A stretch of 64,000 bases of DNA, from the NCBI GenBank assembly GCA_951406725.2, contig OX597818.1, positions 96,100,001 through 96,164,000 of the forward strand, written 5' to 3'. Made by a program: the position numbers and the translations under genes. Shown piece by piece: positions 1-11,480 of this stretch. The first letter of the stretch is position 1. The number at the start of each line of letters is the position of its first letter. This DNA comes from Octopus vulgaris (lineage: Eukaryota). Under the pieces are notes generated by a model, which saw only the letters and a program-made list of their open reading frames with translations, did not search any database and had not been told where the DNA came from.

Positions 1-95
1 AAAGCTAAATTCTTTGTTTCTAATGGATTCTCGTTAGTGAATTCAGCTGACCTTGACTGAGGTTCAGATTCTCCAGTAAGTGATGAGTTGTCTAC
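1..95 (-). CDS. ATP1A: Na+/K+-ATPase alpha subunit, coding exon 7 (partial, runs off window): [32 protein letters not shown]
   Basis: Manual translation gives the P-type ATPase A-domain TGES motif; acceptor tttctgtattcag (AG at 97-96). Confidence 0.97.
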
Positions 96-211
96 CTGAA
101 TACAGAAAATGATACAATTTTGTATCAGCAGTGTGTCAAAAACAGGAATAACTTTTTAAAACTTGAAAATCAGATTAGAAAATTATAATAGTAATAAAAA
201 GGTCAAAGTAC

Positions 212-346
212 CTTAAAACTGTGAGCACTAATAACACGAATATCAGCTGGAACACGATCCCCAAATTTCACATCTACCACGTCTCCAACTACGAGATCCT
301 CAGCATGTACATTTAACTTTTCTCCATTTCTTAAAACAACAGCATA
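212..346 (-). CDS. ATP1A: Na+/K+-ATPase alpha, coding exon 6 (135 nt): [45 protein letters not shown]
   Basis: GDRVPADIR actuator motif; acceptor ctttgtag, donor AAG|gtactt; phase 0. Confidence 0.97.
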
Positions 347-487
347 CTACAAAGGAAAAATAAAAGTAACATTTATAAATGAAAATTTTAAAAAATTGAT
401 ATATACATCAAGAACTTAAAGTTACATCCATGACTTAAGAATTTAAGGTAAGTCTAGAAAAGAAAAAAAAAAAAACCTGATACTTAC

Positions 488-601
488 TTGCGGCACCATG
501 TTTTTGAAGGAGTCCATAATTCTAGAACTTTTAGCCTCTTGGTAGTAGGAAAATATGCCTGTGACAACTACTACAGCAGTCAGCACAATACCTAGGTATA
601 A
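488..601 (-). CDS. ATP1A: Na+/K+-ATPase alpha, coding exon 5 (114 nt): [38 protein letters not shown] (TM2)
   Basis: Typical P2C ATPase TM2 sequence; acceptor ttcttatag, donor CAA|gtaagt. Confidence 0.97.
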
Positions 602-1635
602 CTATAAGAAAATAGTTTTACATTAGAAATAATGATAAAACACATTTGTACTGTGTGTTTAAATGTGTGTGTACACACACACGTGCACCACACATATGTA
701 TATGTTTGCATGTATGAATGAGGATTTTGGTTTACATCTGTTTTGAGACAATAGAGTTTAGTATCAATGTTTAGTAACTTAAAGCGTGAACTCTCACAGC
801 TTCAATCCTAGGCTGGATGTATAGTTTGCCTAGGTGTTAGAATCTTGTTAAAGCCTTGCTGTTGTGGATCAAAGGAATGCAGGTATAACCATATTAATGC
901 CTGGCATTAGTAGTTGCAGCAAACCACCTCAAGGGTACCAAACCAGATATATTTATTAAGTTTACTCCCAATGCCTTTTCCTCACAAAGCAGTGCAGCTA
1001 TTAGATGGAGATCCATAATGCTGGCCAAGAGACATCCATATGAAGAACTCTCAGCTGAACTTGAGACTCAACAGAGTTGTCATATTCTGCCCTGAAGTAG
1101 TGACTGAAATGACTACACACACACCCATGTTTACATATGCATACACATAACTTCTGAACCAAAACTATTACAAAATAGTGCCATGACTTTTTTGGTCCGC
1201 ATTACCAATGCTATCTGCAAATGTTATTGATCCACAAATAAATTATAACTAAATATTTAGAAGTCCTTTTAACAGCTCCCATTAATTAATTTGTTCCAAA
1301 TATAAACTCAAACTGTGTTGTTGGGTAAAAATTATAATTGCAAGCTGATCACGCCCAGTTACAAGAAAGATACTTCACGGAAATAAAACTACAGCACAAT
1401 CATTTTAATATAAATATAAATATTTTCAAATGCAAAATTTGCAGTTGTTTATATCACTTATTTGGAAAAAAAGAGTTGGATAGGATCAAACTGAAACTTC
1501 CTAAAGGACTTGATCCCTTTTGGAATTTTAAGGAATAAAAATACATTCTACATAAAACAAAAATATTAATGAAATTTTAGGCTAATGTCATTGAAGTCAA
1601 TTCCAAACTAAAAGCAATGACAACAGAACACTTAC

Positions 1636-1839
1636 ATTATCGCCGGGTGGATCATCATAAGTCCCTGCTTGAATACCATAGGCAATAAAACATAAAATAG
1701 CTCCAATCCACAGCAACATTGAAAATCCACCAAATAGTGTTTTGCAAAACTTGACCCATTCTGGCGTAGTTTTTGGTGGGGTAAGGCAATTCGGTCCATC
1801 ACGCAAGAGAATTTCTTTAGCCCGTTCTGGACTGAGACC
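1636..1839 (-). CDS. ATP1A: Na+/K+-ATPase alpha, coding exon 4 (204 nt): [68 protein letters not shown] (TM1)
   Basis: Lies within ORF 1597..1893; acceptor actctcag, donor AAT|gtaagt. Confidence 0.97.
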
Positions 1840-2016
1840 CTGAGAGTGTGCAGAAAAAAAAAAAAAAATTTGTACAGTAACTGGATAAAACAAACATATT
1901 ATGAGGTGGCATTATGTATAAATAAGCTAAATGCATAAGTAAAAATTTTTTTTAAATTCTCCAAGAATTTGAAACTTATAAGTGAAATCAAGTTATGTTA
2001 GTGTAAATGCACTTAC

Positions 2017-2076
2017 TCGAGTTGGGTCTGTTCCTAACCTTTGGTAGAGTTCCTCGATGGCTACTTTATGTTCATC
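2017..2076 (-). CDS. ATP1A: Na+/K+-ATPase alpha, coding exon 3 (60 nt): DEHKVAIEELYQRLGTDPTR
   Basis: Not in the ORF track; translated manually; acceptor ttgtttag, donor CGA|gtaagt; joins its neighbours in frame. Confidence 0.95.
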
Positions 2077-3160
2077 CTAAACAAGGAAAAAAAAATTCTC
2101 TAAATAAAACTAAAAATGTGGCCATGTAAATATGGGAAAGTGAGTATATGAGAAGGAAAAACAAGCAATCAAAACATCACAAACTGCTCAGGTCTGATTT
2201 GTAATAATAAAACCAGTGTTTGAAATGGTTAAAATGATTACTACAATTATAGTGTAGACATTTGTATAACAATGAAGCAAATAAAGTAAGCTATTTAAAT
2301 TTATATAGATAATTTAAAGAAAAAATAATCAATGCGAAAAAAAAAACAAAAACAAACTCATACAAGCAAAAGAACACTACTATACTATTCAATAGAATAA
2401 TTTTCAACAATTACAAGTTGCAGAAAATGACTAAATTCCAAATGTTTGGATAACACACAACACTTCCAAAATAATTTAATTTATTAATATACATTAATAA
2501 GAAGATCCTGAGCTACCTATCAGATAATCAGGATTTCAGACACTGCTATTCTATGAATGAATTGCTATTCTGTTAATTAAAACAGTTGCACTTTATGATT
2601 GTTAAAAGCAGTTCCAAAAGGAAAGATTTAAGAAAGTACATTGAATTTTAATTATCTATAAAACTAATGAACTGGCTTAAAAAGAAGTTCATATCGGATT
2701 ATTCTCAAGATATTTACTGAAACAGTAAAAAATTCAGTTTAGAAAAATCACTATTTGCAGCAGTGAATAAAATTGATGTACTAAGAAACAATTTACCCAG
2801 GTCAAATTGACAAGCTATAAAGCTTCTGGGCAGTTGATAACTATTTTGTCATGTTATAAATTTAAATTTAGACAGGATTCCTCATCCTGAAAACAATGCT
2901 TTCAGCCAAAACAGATTTAAGGCAATATTTAAATGTAATCAAAACTGAGCATTAAAAGCATCATCTTTGAAACATTGGTAAACATACAAAATTACTGAAA
3001 ACTACAAACTAATAAAAGAAAAAATGTTTATCTGATTTATTTTGAACAAGATGACAATGAGAAAGCCTAACAGATGAAGTCAAAATCTGATGCAGGTAAG
3101 ACCTAAATCTAACTAGAAGAAAATGCTATTAAAATCGAAGAAAAATATAAATCAATTTAC

Positions 3161-3271
3161 CATATCCAATTCCTGTTTAAGTTCATCGAGGTCCTCACCC
3201 TTCTTCTTCCCCTTCTTCTTCTCCTGGCCTCCTGGCGTGACAGCATATCGGTAGCTCTCAGCCCGAGGAGC
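3161..3271 (-). CDS. ATP1A: Na+/K+-ATPase alpha, coding exon 2 (111 nt): APRAESYRYAVTPGGQEKKKGKKKGEDLDELKQELDM
   Basis: Lysine-rich N-terminus and LDELKQEL motif; acceptor tattttcag, donor ATG|gtaaat. Confidence 0.95.
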
Positions 3272-6200
3272 CTGAAAATAAGAATATAGAAAGTCTCTAA
3301 GAAAACATTTTAAAATCTCAAAAATATTGGAAGAAACTGGTGCCATTGAAATAAAGAAATTTGTTTCAGGAAAAAAAAAACAAAAAAAAAAAACAAAATA
3401 ATGATTTCCCATATATAAAAATGAAAAATGCTTCTCAAATCATTTTTTTTTGATGTCATTAAATAAGAGATAAAATCTAACCTGGTTGTTAGTGACCACT
3501 ATGGGTTTTTTGTCTCCTTCAGACATAATTGGTAGAGAACAAGTCAATAATTGTAAATTAACTTGGCATCACAGTAAAATATTCCACAAGAGAATCATGG
3601 TAAGAGTGCAGTTTTCCAGGTAATTTTTTAGTAATCCAAATGAATTTTGTACTCCTTGGATCCTCAAGTAGTCAACTGATGTATATGATCAACTGGCAGT
3701 GTTTGATAGATTTCACTCAGGTGCTATGACAGTATAGCAGTGAGCCACTGATATTAAGAGCTGCTCTGATCCCCCATCATCCCAACCAACTGATACTAAC
3801 CTGTCTGTCAGTAGGTAGACGTTATCAAGGATGAAGCAGATTAAGTATCTGCTTCTGGCTAGAGTAAAATACTTTAAAATGGTATAATTATAGATAAAGA
3901 AGTCATACTTGGCTTATAAAACACCGATTATTTATGGAATCACATTGTGTGTCAGTTGAAGTATTAACCAGCATTACAATTGGTTTAAAACAGTCAAGTT
4001 TACTTATGTAAATGATGAACACTAAAGCAAACCTTTACAGTAGATATGACTTTTACATTTCAGTAGTAAAATGACTTTCACAAAACTATCACTCAAGAAT
4101 TCAGCTCATCATATTTGAGATATAAATGAAAAATATATATACCAAGTTTAAAAATATTAATTTCTGAAAACTTAAGAACTTTTGAAGGTCATATACATTT
4201 TCTGTAAGCCTTCAGCCTTCTTCACACTTAATCAATACTGGTAGAGTATGAGGCAATATATCTGCTATTAAGTATAAGCACCAGTGAGAATTAAGACATC
4301 AAAAGTTTAAAATACTAATTAACACTTTATGTCCTTTAGGTGTTAGAGGAATAAATGAGAAAGAAAACAGAGTTGATATTTTAAATATTGAATGAGAAAT
4401 AGCATACTAAATATGGAGAGATTTATAGAGTTGGACAGGTTTAGAAGAAGCCTGTCCAGTCTAGTAGGCAATACGACAACGACATTGTTAGTAATAGCAG
4501 CATTATGGTAGCACTGAACTGAATAATGGCTTCTATTCCTGATAGCTACAATTTTATTGATTTTCTTGACAAGCAGTAAAAGCAAAGCCAACAGAATCAC
4601 TAGAGCTGTGAAGAGGTTTTATTGCAAACAGTAGTAGTCACTATTGTGGCTGCCACTGCCGTAACCGAGAAGCTACAAACATATGCAGAAAATGAGGCTT
4701 TCCACACATTTCATAATTAGTACACATGAACTAAAAATTCATGTAGTATTTAATTAACTAATATAAAGTAAATTGATAAAGTTGCTACAATATTTGTTTT
4801 AGCTAAAGTGATCAAGTCAAAACTTAAATGTCACAATTAGTAATGCTAATTGGTTAATCATAGATACTCTATTTTATCAAATGACTGCTATAATCCATTG
4901 CAATGGACAGCTACTAAGCATGCACTCACTAAAAGGTTAATCCCACCAAAAGACCAGTAGGCCAACAATAATAGGTTTACTCTATGTTATGTAACCAACA
5001 CAGTAAGAAAAATGTATTGCTTTAACAGTTCACTACACATTTCATACCAGTCACAAAATCTGTCAGCAAGTAGAACAATAATAGTGTAATAATGTAGGGC
5101 AGACAGATATATTCATAAGCGATTTAATAAAGATTCTTTGATTCATCAACAAATTATATTTTAATTGTAAATTGAAGCTACCCAGTCCTAAGATGCTAAA
5201 AATTAGGCAGCTAAGATAATTGTAGTTGGCAAAACAGGAATCCATAGCATTACTGAGATGCTGCTGCTGTTAATGCAGTAGCAGAAATACTAATCAATAT
5301 TTAGCTGTCTTCTTACATTGCAGTAGTACCATTTTTAACACACTATCATTTATTTTAAGTTATTTCAAAAAGCTATAAGAAAATTCAGGAAACAATACAA
5401 TATTGGCAATTATATAAGGTTACATTTGTCCTTTAACAAAATAAACATAGTAATATTAAACTAGCTAACTAAAGTCAAATTTGTTCCAATTTCACTTAAT
5501 TGGGGCAATGAAATTAATTTAATACCACGAAGACTATTACATAAACGCTATAACACAATGGTTATATCTTAAAAGGCAACATACTATTAAGGTGTCAGTG
5601 GAAAAGCCATTTCCTTTATCATAGAGAAGAGTAATTAAAAGAAATAAAAAAACTGCTTTTATTGAAGGCAATTAAAATATCTATTAAAACATTAAGAAAG
5701 TTTTTTGAATTTCTACAAAACATATTTTAAAAACCATCTTTATTTCTCGTGTTGGATAATTCTACAAATCCACAGATTGGCACAACCTTGGAACAAATGT
5801 TACTGTTGTTGGTCTCACGTCAGCCCTGATCGAGCAAACCCACAGTCAAAAAATGTCTTTTACATCATGGACCACACTGTCCAATGTAACAGAATACAAT
5901 TTGAAGATTTGGTTGCTATGTCTAACAGGTTAAGCGACCACATAGAGGCTCATTTGTGAGCTGAATGAGGAGATGCTGCCTATGATCAATCAACCAAGAA
6001 ATATTAAGGGTTATGCAGTGGGTGTCAATACAGTAAAGTGTTTTAAGGGCACAGCCAACACCTGTAGCAATGTTTGGACATGTAATCGTCAAGAGGCCAA
6101 TAAGAGCCCTAAGCATCCATGAATCATTCATCAAGTGATGTAAAGAAAAATAAAATTATTGCTTGTAATTATGGTATTTCAATGGAAGATGTTCTGAAAA

Positions 6201-9200
6201 TATTTTCACCTTCAAATTATAGAATTTATCACAATATTAAAAATGCAACTGATTTTTACAAAGGTAAAAACAGCTTTATGAAATACTGAAGCAACATTCT
6301 AAACGAGAAATAATCGAATGCGTTGAACCCTGCCATATCACTGGTATTTATTTCAACGACTCTGAAGAGATGAAGTACAAGAAAAAAATTCGATAATGAC
6401 ACAAATATTCATCAAAATTTAATGCATTTTCCTCTATAGAAGCCAACAAAATTAAGCTAAATGCATAATAATAATAGTATTCAAAAGATATACAGGTTAT
6501 CTTGGGTCAAGGTTACCCGAAATGTATATCATGTCTCTTTTCATATATATTTTTTAAAGAAACAAAAAAGAAAATTTTCAGAAAATCTCGACTAAAAAGG
6601 ACGAGATGCAAATAAAAGCCTCAATGGAGATTAGAGGGAAGGGAAGAGGAAGTGGATTTAATAAGCTAAGAAAGGTTAAATCCAACAAAAACAAATGAAA
6701 TGGTCCAGAATAATCACTGAACAGGTGCTACAACTGGACAAGCTCAATGTTTTCAAGCCAAGCAGTTAGCAGCAGGCATCAGGTTGTTACATAGGATTTT
6801 TAGGCTGTGCCACTTCAGAAAGGTCATTAGAAGGTCAGGACAAAAACAGTGTTCAACTTAAAGAGGTAGACAACATTTTTTTCGACGTATCAAAACTGTA
6901 TTATTTTAATAATAAAGATTTAAAAAACTATTCACAAATAATAATCTACTGGATGGGGATAGGGGATAAGATCTTAAAATTGATGTCTTCGTTAGGGTAG
7001 GAAAGTGCTGCAACATAATTTCACGAGAAAGAAGCTAAAAATAACCAGACAGGTTACGACAGTAAGGCATTGGCATAAGGTAAAAATCCAGAATCGGAAG
7101 AAACCGGTGAGTGTATATAATCAGACAGACAGAAATCAAAGCGAACTAATTAAAGTTAAAAAAACAAACAAAACAAAAAAAAAATCGGGTGAGTTATACG
7201 GAAGTATCAATACAGCCTTGGCTGGTATTTGAAGATAATATGGAAAATAAGATTAAAATTTAACTTGAAGTAGCTTTGTAGCATGTCAAGCGAATCAGTG
7301 AAAATCAGTGTTTAATAAGAGAAAAACAGAGTAAATTTGAAAAAATCTAATCGACGTTTCTGACAGCATGAAGTGTCAATATGGTGGGTGGTGTAATAGC
7401 AGGAAAAAAAGAGCGAGAGAAAGAAGCTGTTCTTAATAAAACGAGGGAAAAAAACAGACGACAGGTAGATAATAGAGGATATAAACATATTCAACTAGCT
7501 GGCTATGTTGAACAGATGAATAATTAACAAGGCACATTAAAAATTAGACAAGATTGCCTTTCAACGATAACCATTTAATGATGGAAAACCTCACGGTCAT
7601 TTTTGTGAAGGTGACAAGACAACTCGGGTACCTCGCGTACACGATGTATAATTCAAACGCCATAATAAAATCTGGTTTTTCTGCATATTTTAAAAGTAAC
7701 AATCTTACAATCACCATTAAATAACCGTTAACAATAATGGTTTAAATACTTTAGGGGGTTGAAATACAAACAACTCGAATCACATTAACCATTTTAATTA
7801 AAAATTCTGATCCTTATTTTGCTCAAAATTTGCAAATCTTAAATTTGAAACGTAAAACAATACAAAACAAATTTTCACATCTAAACCATAACGGGGAAAT
7901 ATGAAAAATGTAAATTAAGTGTTATTGACGTAAAAAAATAGCTGAAAGGTTCCACCTGTTAGATAAAGTACATTGACACCATGACCTATTTCAGAAAAAT
8001 GTTGCCAGGGGCATTTTTCACATAAGATGTTGGGTTTTGTCAGTAAAACCAGGTATCAATCAAAGTGGCACCGGCATCAAAGAAAAGAAGCATGAAGGCG
8101 AATTTGGATTGAAAGACAGACACATCGAATGTGAAAATTTCCAATGAGTAAAAAAGCGAAACTCGGAAGACATGGAAACAAAATTAGACGCATAACGCAG
8201 AGATTTTTCAGCTTCTTTAGTTGAAAAGCAACACTGATCAACAAATATTGATTTAAGGTTCTGATGAAACTAAGGCAAATCATTTAAAAGATGGACAAAG
8301 TGTGATGTTTAGAAAAGAGATAAAGAGAGAGAGAGACTCGACATTTAAAGAAAACTGGTTTTGACGCCATTTCGCTCACGTACCACTAAATAATAACAAA
8401 AATAATGACGATCGCTTTTCAAAATAGCTCGATTTCGTATTACAGAAAAAAATGGGCTGTCATGAACCAAGGTTAAAAATATCTAATAACAGTGCATTAA
8501 TTCATTAGTGGAAGGGTGTTAAAATCTAATAAAATACCACACGTGAGTCGAGAACACATTGCCATTACTAACACACCAGTTCAACCCTCAGAAACGACAA
8601 CTATAAATCAGGAATTAAATTATCTCCAAACATTTATGAGTTTTAATAAATTAGATTCAGGTTATGTAATACGCAATGAGGAAAACCCGAATTTAACTGA
8701 TCACTCGTTTTTCGAATATAAATACACAAAATACACGAGAATGATACATTCTATTGTTTTCCGATTTCTTAAATGACAGAAAATCAAACCCCATCACCAA
8801 CGTCTTCAACGTAATATTTGAGCGAAAACATCAAAAGCAACGAGAGGGAGGAAAAAGGTAAGAATGTGATAGAGGTGCATATTTTATAACAAAAAAAAAA
8901 AAAGGAAGGTCACTCGAGTGATAAAAAGAAACCGAATGCAAGGCCATAAACAGCCTCCATCAGTACATCAGCTGGCACACACACAGATTGTGTGTGTGTA
9001 TAAGATGAGATGACATTTATTGGCAATCCATCCATCACCGTAACAAACAGTAAGAGAGATAGAAATGGACGGGGTCGCTCACAAGAAATGTCACCTTACA
9101 GTAATAGCTTCACATTAAAGTGATCTTAATTGCTCTACATCAGCCGGCAGAAATGTACGCAGACACGACAGCAAAATTACACACCCGCTTTATACGTGCA

Positions 9201-9242
9201 TCTATGCCGTATAACAATATATATACATATATACACACACAC

Positions 9243-9279
<37 letters not shown>

Positions 9280-10290
9280 TATATATATATATTATATTAT
9301 ATATATATGTATATATAATATATATATGATCACACACATACACTGAAGTGGCTAAGGTTGATGCCAGAAGTGAGTTAATCAACGTAGATATTCTCACGCA
9401 CAAAAATCGTAATCTTGCTTGATACTTCTATTAAAGTCTAGCTAGACTAAATAGTAGCAGTAACTGGTTTAAGTAATATATACAGCAGCAGCCGTTAATG
9501 TACTAGCTAGCAATATATTATACGGACTGACTGTCTTTCTCTCTTTCTTTATCTCTTTCACACATACACACTTACACAAAAATATACATACATAAAATAA
9601 AAATAATCTGACAATATATCTTGTCAAATTTCCTTTTAAAGGGCAGAGGGTGGACACATCAATAAGTCAGCCTCTATATACATTAAGCATCGACAAACCT
9701 GGATTATATATAAATATATATTTATATATTATGGTTGCTAGCGAGGCGATTAGCATTATTTTTAATTTGACATTCACAAATTAACGATTCCTCCTTGACA
9801 AGAAACAGTTAAAATATAGGGCAAAGTAAATTAAAGCTTATAATAAGATATGGAAAAATTTTTTTCTACTACGAAAGCTTTCCGCTACATAGTGAAAATT
9901 TTCCACTCTAGAACGATTACAAGATACATTGTATGTTAGACGGTTGTAGAGTGATAGATATATAAAGTTTTAATTTAATAAATTTTTAAGTAATTTGTGC
10001 AGTTGATTTAAGCATGATTTGTACGTAATCGAAGTATAAAATAAGGGAAAGAAGAGAAAAAATATATCGAATGAGAGAAGCCATTTCTTGCTAGGCCGTC
10101 CCATTGAAGTAGGGTAACGGCTAACTATGACCTAACGAAGGACAAAATTACAGATAAGCCGCCACAGTAGCAAAGTGAACAAAAAATAATGGAAATTGAA
10201 GATCCCATTATCTGAACAGTAAATCAGTAAGGGATTATTCGCTTTTAAAGTAATGATGAAGTCGAAATATTATCTGTAAAAGACACTTAC

Positions 10291-10320
10291 CTGCTGAGAC
10301 TTCACCTTACTAGACGCCAT
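10291..10320 (-). CDS. ATP1A: Na+/K+-ATPase alpha, putative first coding exon (30 nt): MASSKVKSQQ
   Basis: gagATGGcg start context, consensus donor CAG|gtaagt, phase 0 matching exon 2, CpG-rich setting, no upstream ATG back to the putative initiator; intron 1 is about 7 kb. Confidence 0.8.
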
Positions 10321-10540
10321 CTCTAAGTGTAAGAATGACGAATAAATGTAGAAGTAATGTAATTTAGCTATCGGTAATGATCGGTACTTTCCGTAGTGAT
10401 CGACAAACGTAATCGTGCTAATAGTAGCGAAGGCACGAGAAGCGGGTGGGGGCTAGCGCTCCGGTGACTGACGGAATATACCGAAGATAGCTAGCTCACA
10501 CTTAGGAAAATACGGCGATGGTGGTGGTGGGGGGGAACCA
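10321..10540 (-). promoter_or_regulatory. Putative 5'UTR and core promoter of the pump gene; Inr-like TCAGTC at 10471-10466 (TSS about 10469)
   Basis: CpG-rich segment, TCAGTY initiator match, GC-box-like CCCCCACCC; no TATA box seen. Confidence 0.5.
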
Positions 10541-10544
10541 TTCT

Positions 10545-10770
10545 CTCTCTCTCTCTTTCTCACTTTTTCTCTCTTACTCACACTCTCTCTCTTTCTCACT
10601 TTTTCTCTCTTACTCACACTCTCTCTCTTTCTCACTTTTTCTCTCTTACTCACACTCTCTCTCTTTCTCACTTTTTCTCTCTTACTCACACTCTCTCTCT
10701 TTCTCACTTTTTCTCTCTTACTCACACTCTCTCTCTTTCTCACTTTTTCTCTCTTACTCACACTCTCTCT
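10545..10770. repeat. 36-bp pyrimidine-rich minisatellite, about 6 identical copies (ctctctctctttctcactttttctctcttactcaca)
   Basis: Read directly; also visible as RESVSKREKVRK x6 in the ORF track. Confidence 0.95.
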
Positions 10771-11463
10771 CTCCTTTTCTGTATATGTATGTATGTATAT
10801 GTAAATGTATATATGTATGTATTGCAGAAGTGTCTCTATATATAAACGAATGAGATGTGACCCTTTGCAAACACACACATATACGCATATACACAAGCAT
10901 TTATATTTGTATTTTTTTACTTTCTTTCGTAATATTTTGGATAATTACATTTTGTAAGAAAGAAAAGAATCGTAGCATAATCAACACTCCCCCCACTAAA
11001 AAAGCAAAAACAAAAAGACCAATGGTTTTAACTCGCTAAATTTTAATAGTTGGATCGTAAAGAAATCTATTTGTTCCGACCTCTCTCTCTCTCTCTATTT
11101 ATCTATCTATCTATTTTGTATACACGAAACTCTACTGCCCGAACAACAACGGTTGATATATTGGAAATGTTTTGCATTTGTTTAATTATTTAATGCTACA
11201 AATCTATATAAAATATGTAGTTTTTATTTATTAGTTATTAAGCAAGCGCGACATCAAATAAGAGTAGGAGAGTTTGTATAACAGTGATGATAATGATGAT
11301 GATGATAATAATACTACTGGTGGGTGGGGTGGGTGGTTCAATGACATGAGAGGTGGCGGAGATGGTAGTGAGATGAGAGAGAGGGAGAGAGAGAAAGAGA
11401 AAGAGAGAGAGTGAGAGCTGCAAAAGAGGTGGATGAGGGAATGAAGGTGAAGATGATGTTGGT

Positions 11464-11480
11464 CACGTGCAAACCACGTG
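11464..11480. promoter_or_regulatory. Tandem E-boxes CACGTG-caaac-CACGTG (ChoRE architecture)
   Basis: Two perfect CACGTG separated by 5 bp, about 1 kb upstream of the putative TSS. Confidence 0.5.

Noticed and set aside
1597-1893. ORF-track starts and ends for the ATPase ORFs (also 3152..3412)
   Set aside because: They extend into introns; true boundaries were set by GT-AG sites.
8340-8375. Minus-strand aaATGGCGTC in intron 1 resembling the exon 1 start
   Set aside because: No good donor before the in-frame stop; more likely a YY1-like motif or chance.
10545-10770. 36-bp repeats of CRISPR-like length
   Set aside because: Units are contiguous with no unique spacers, the context is eukaryotic, and there are no cas genes.
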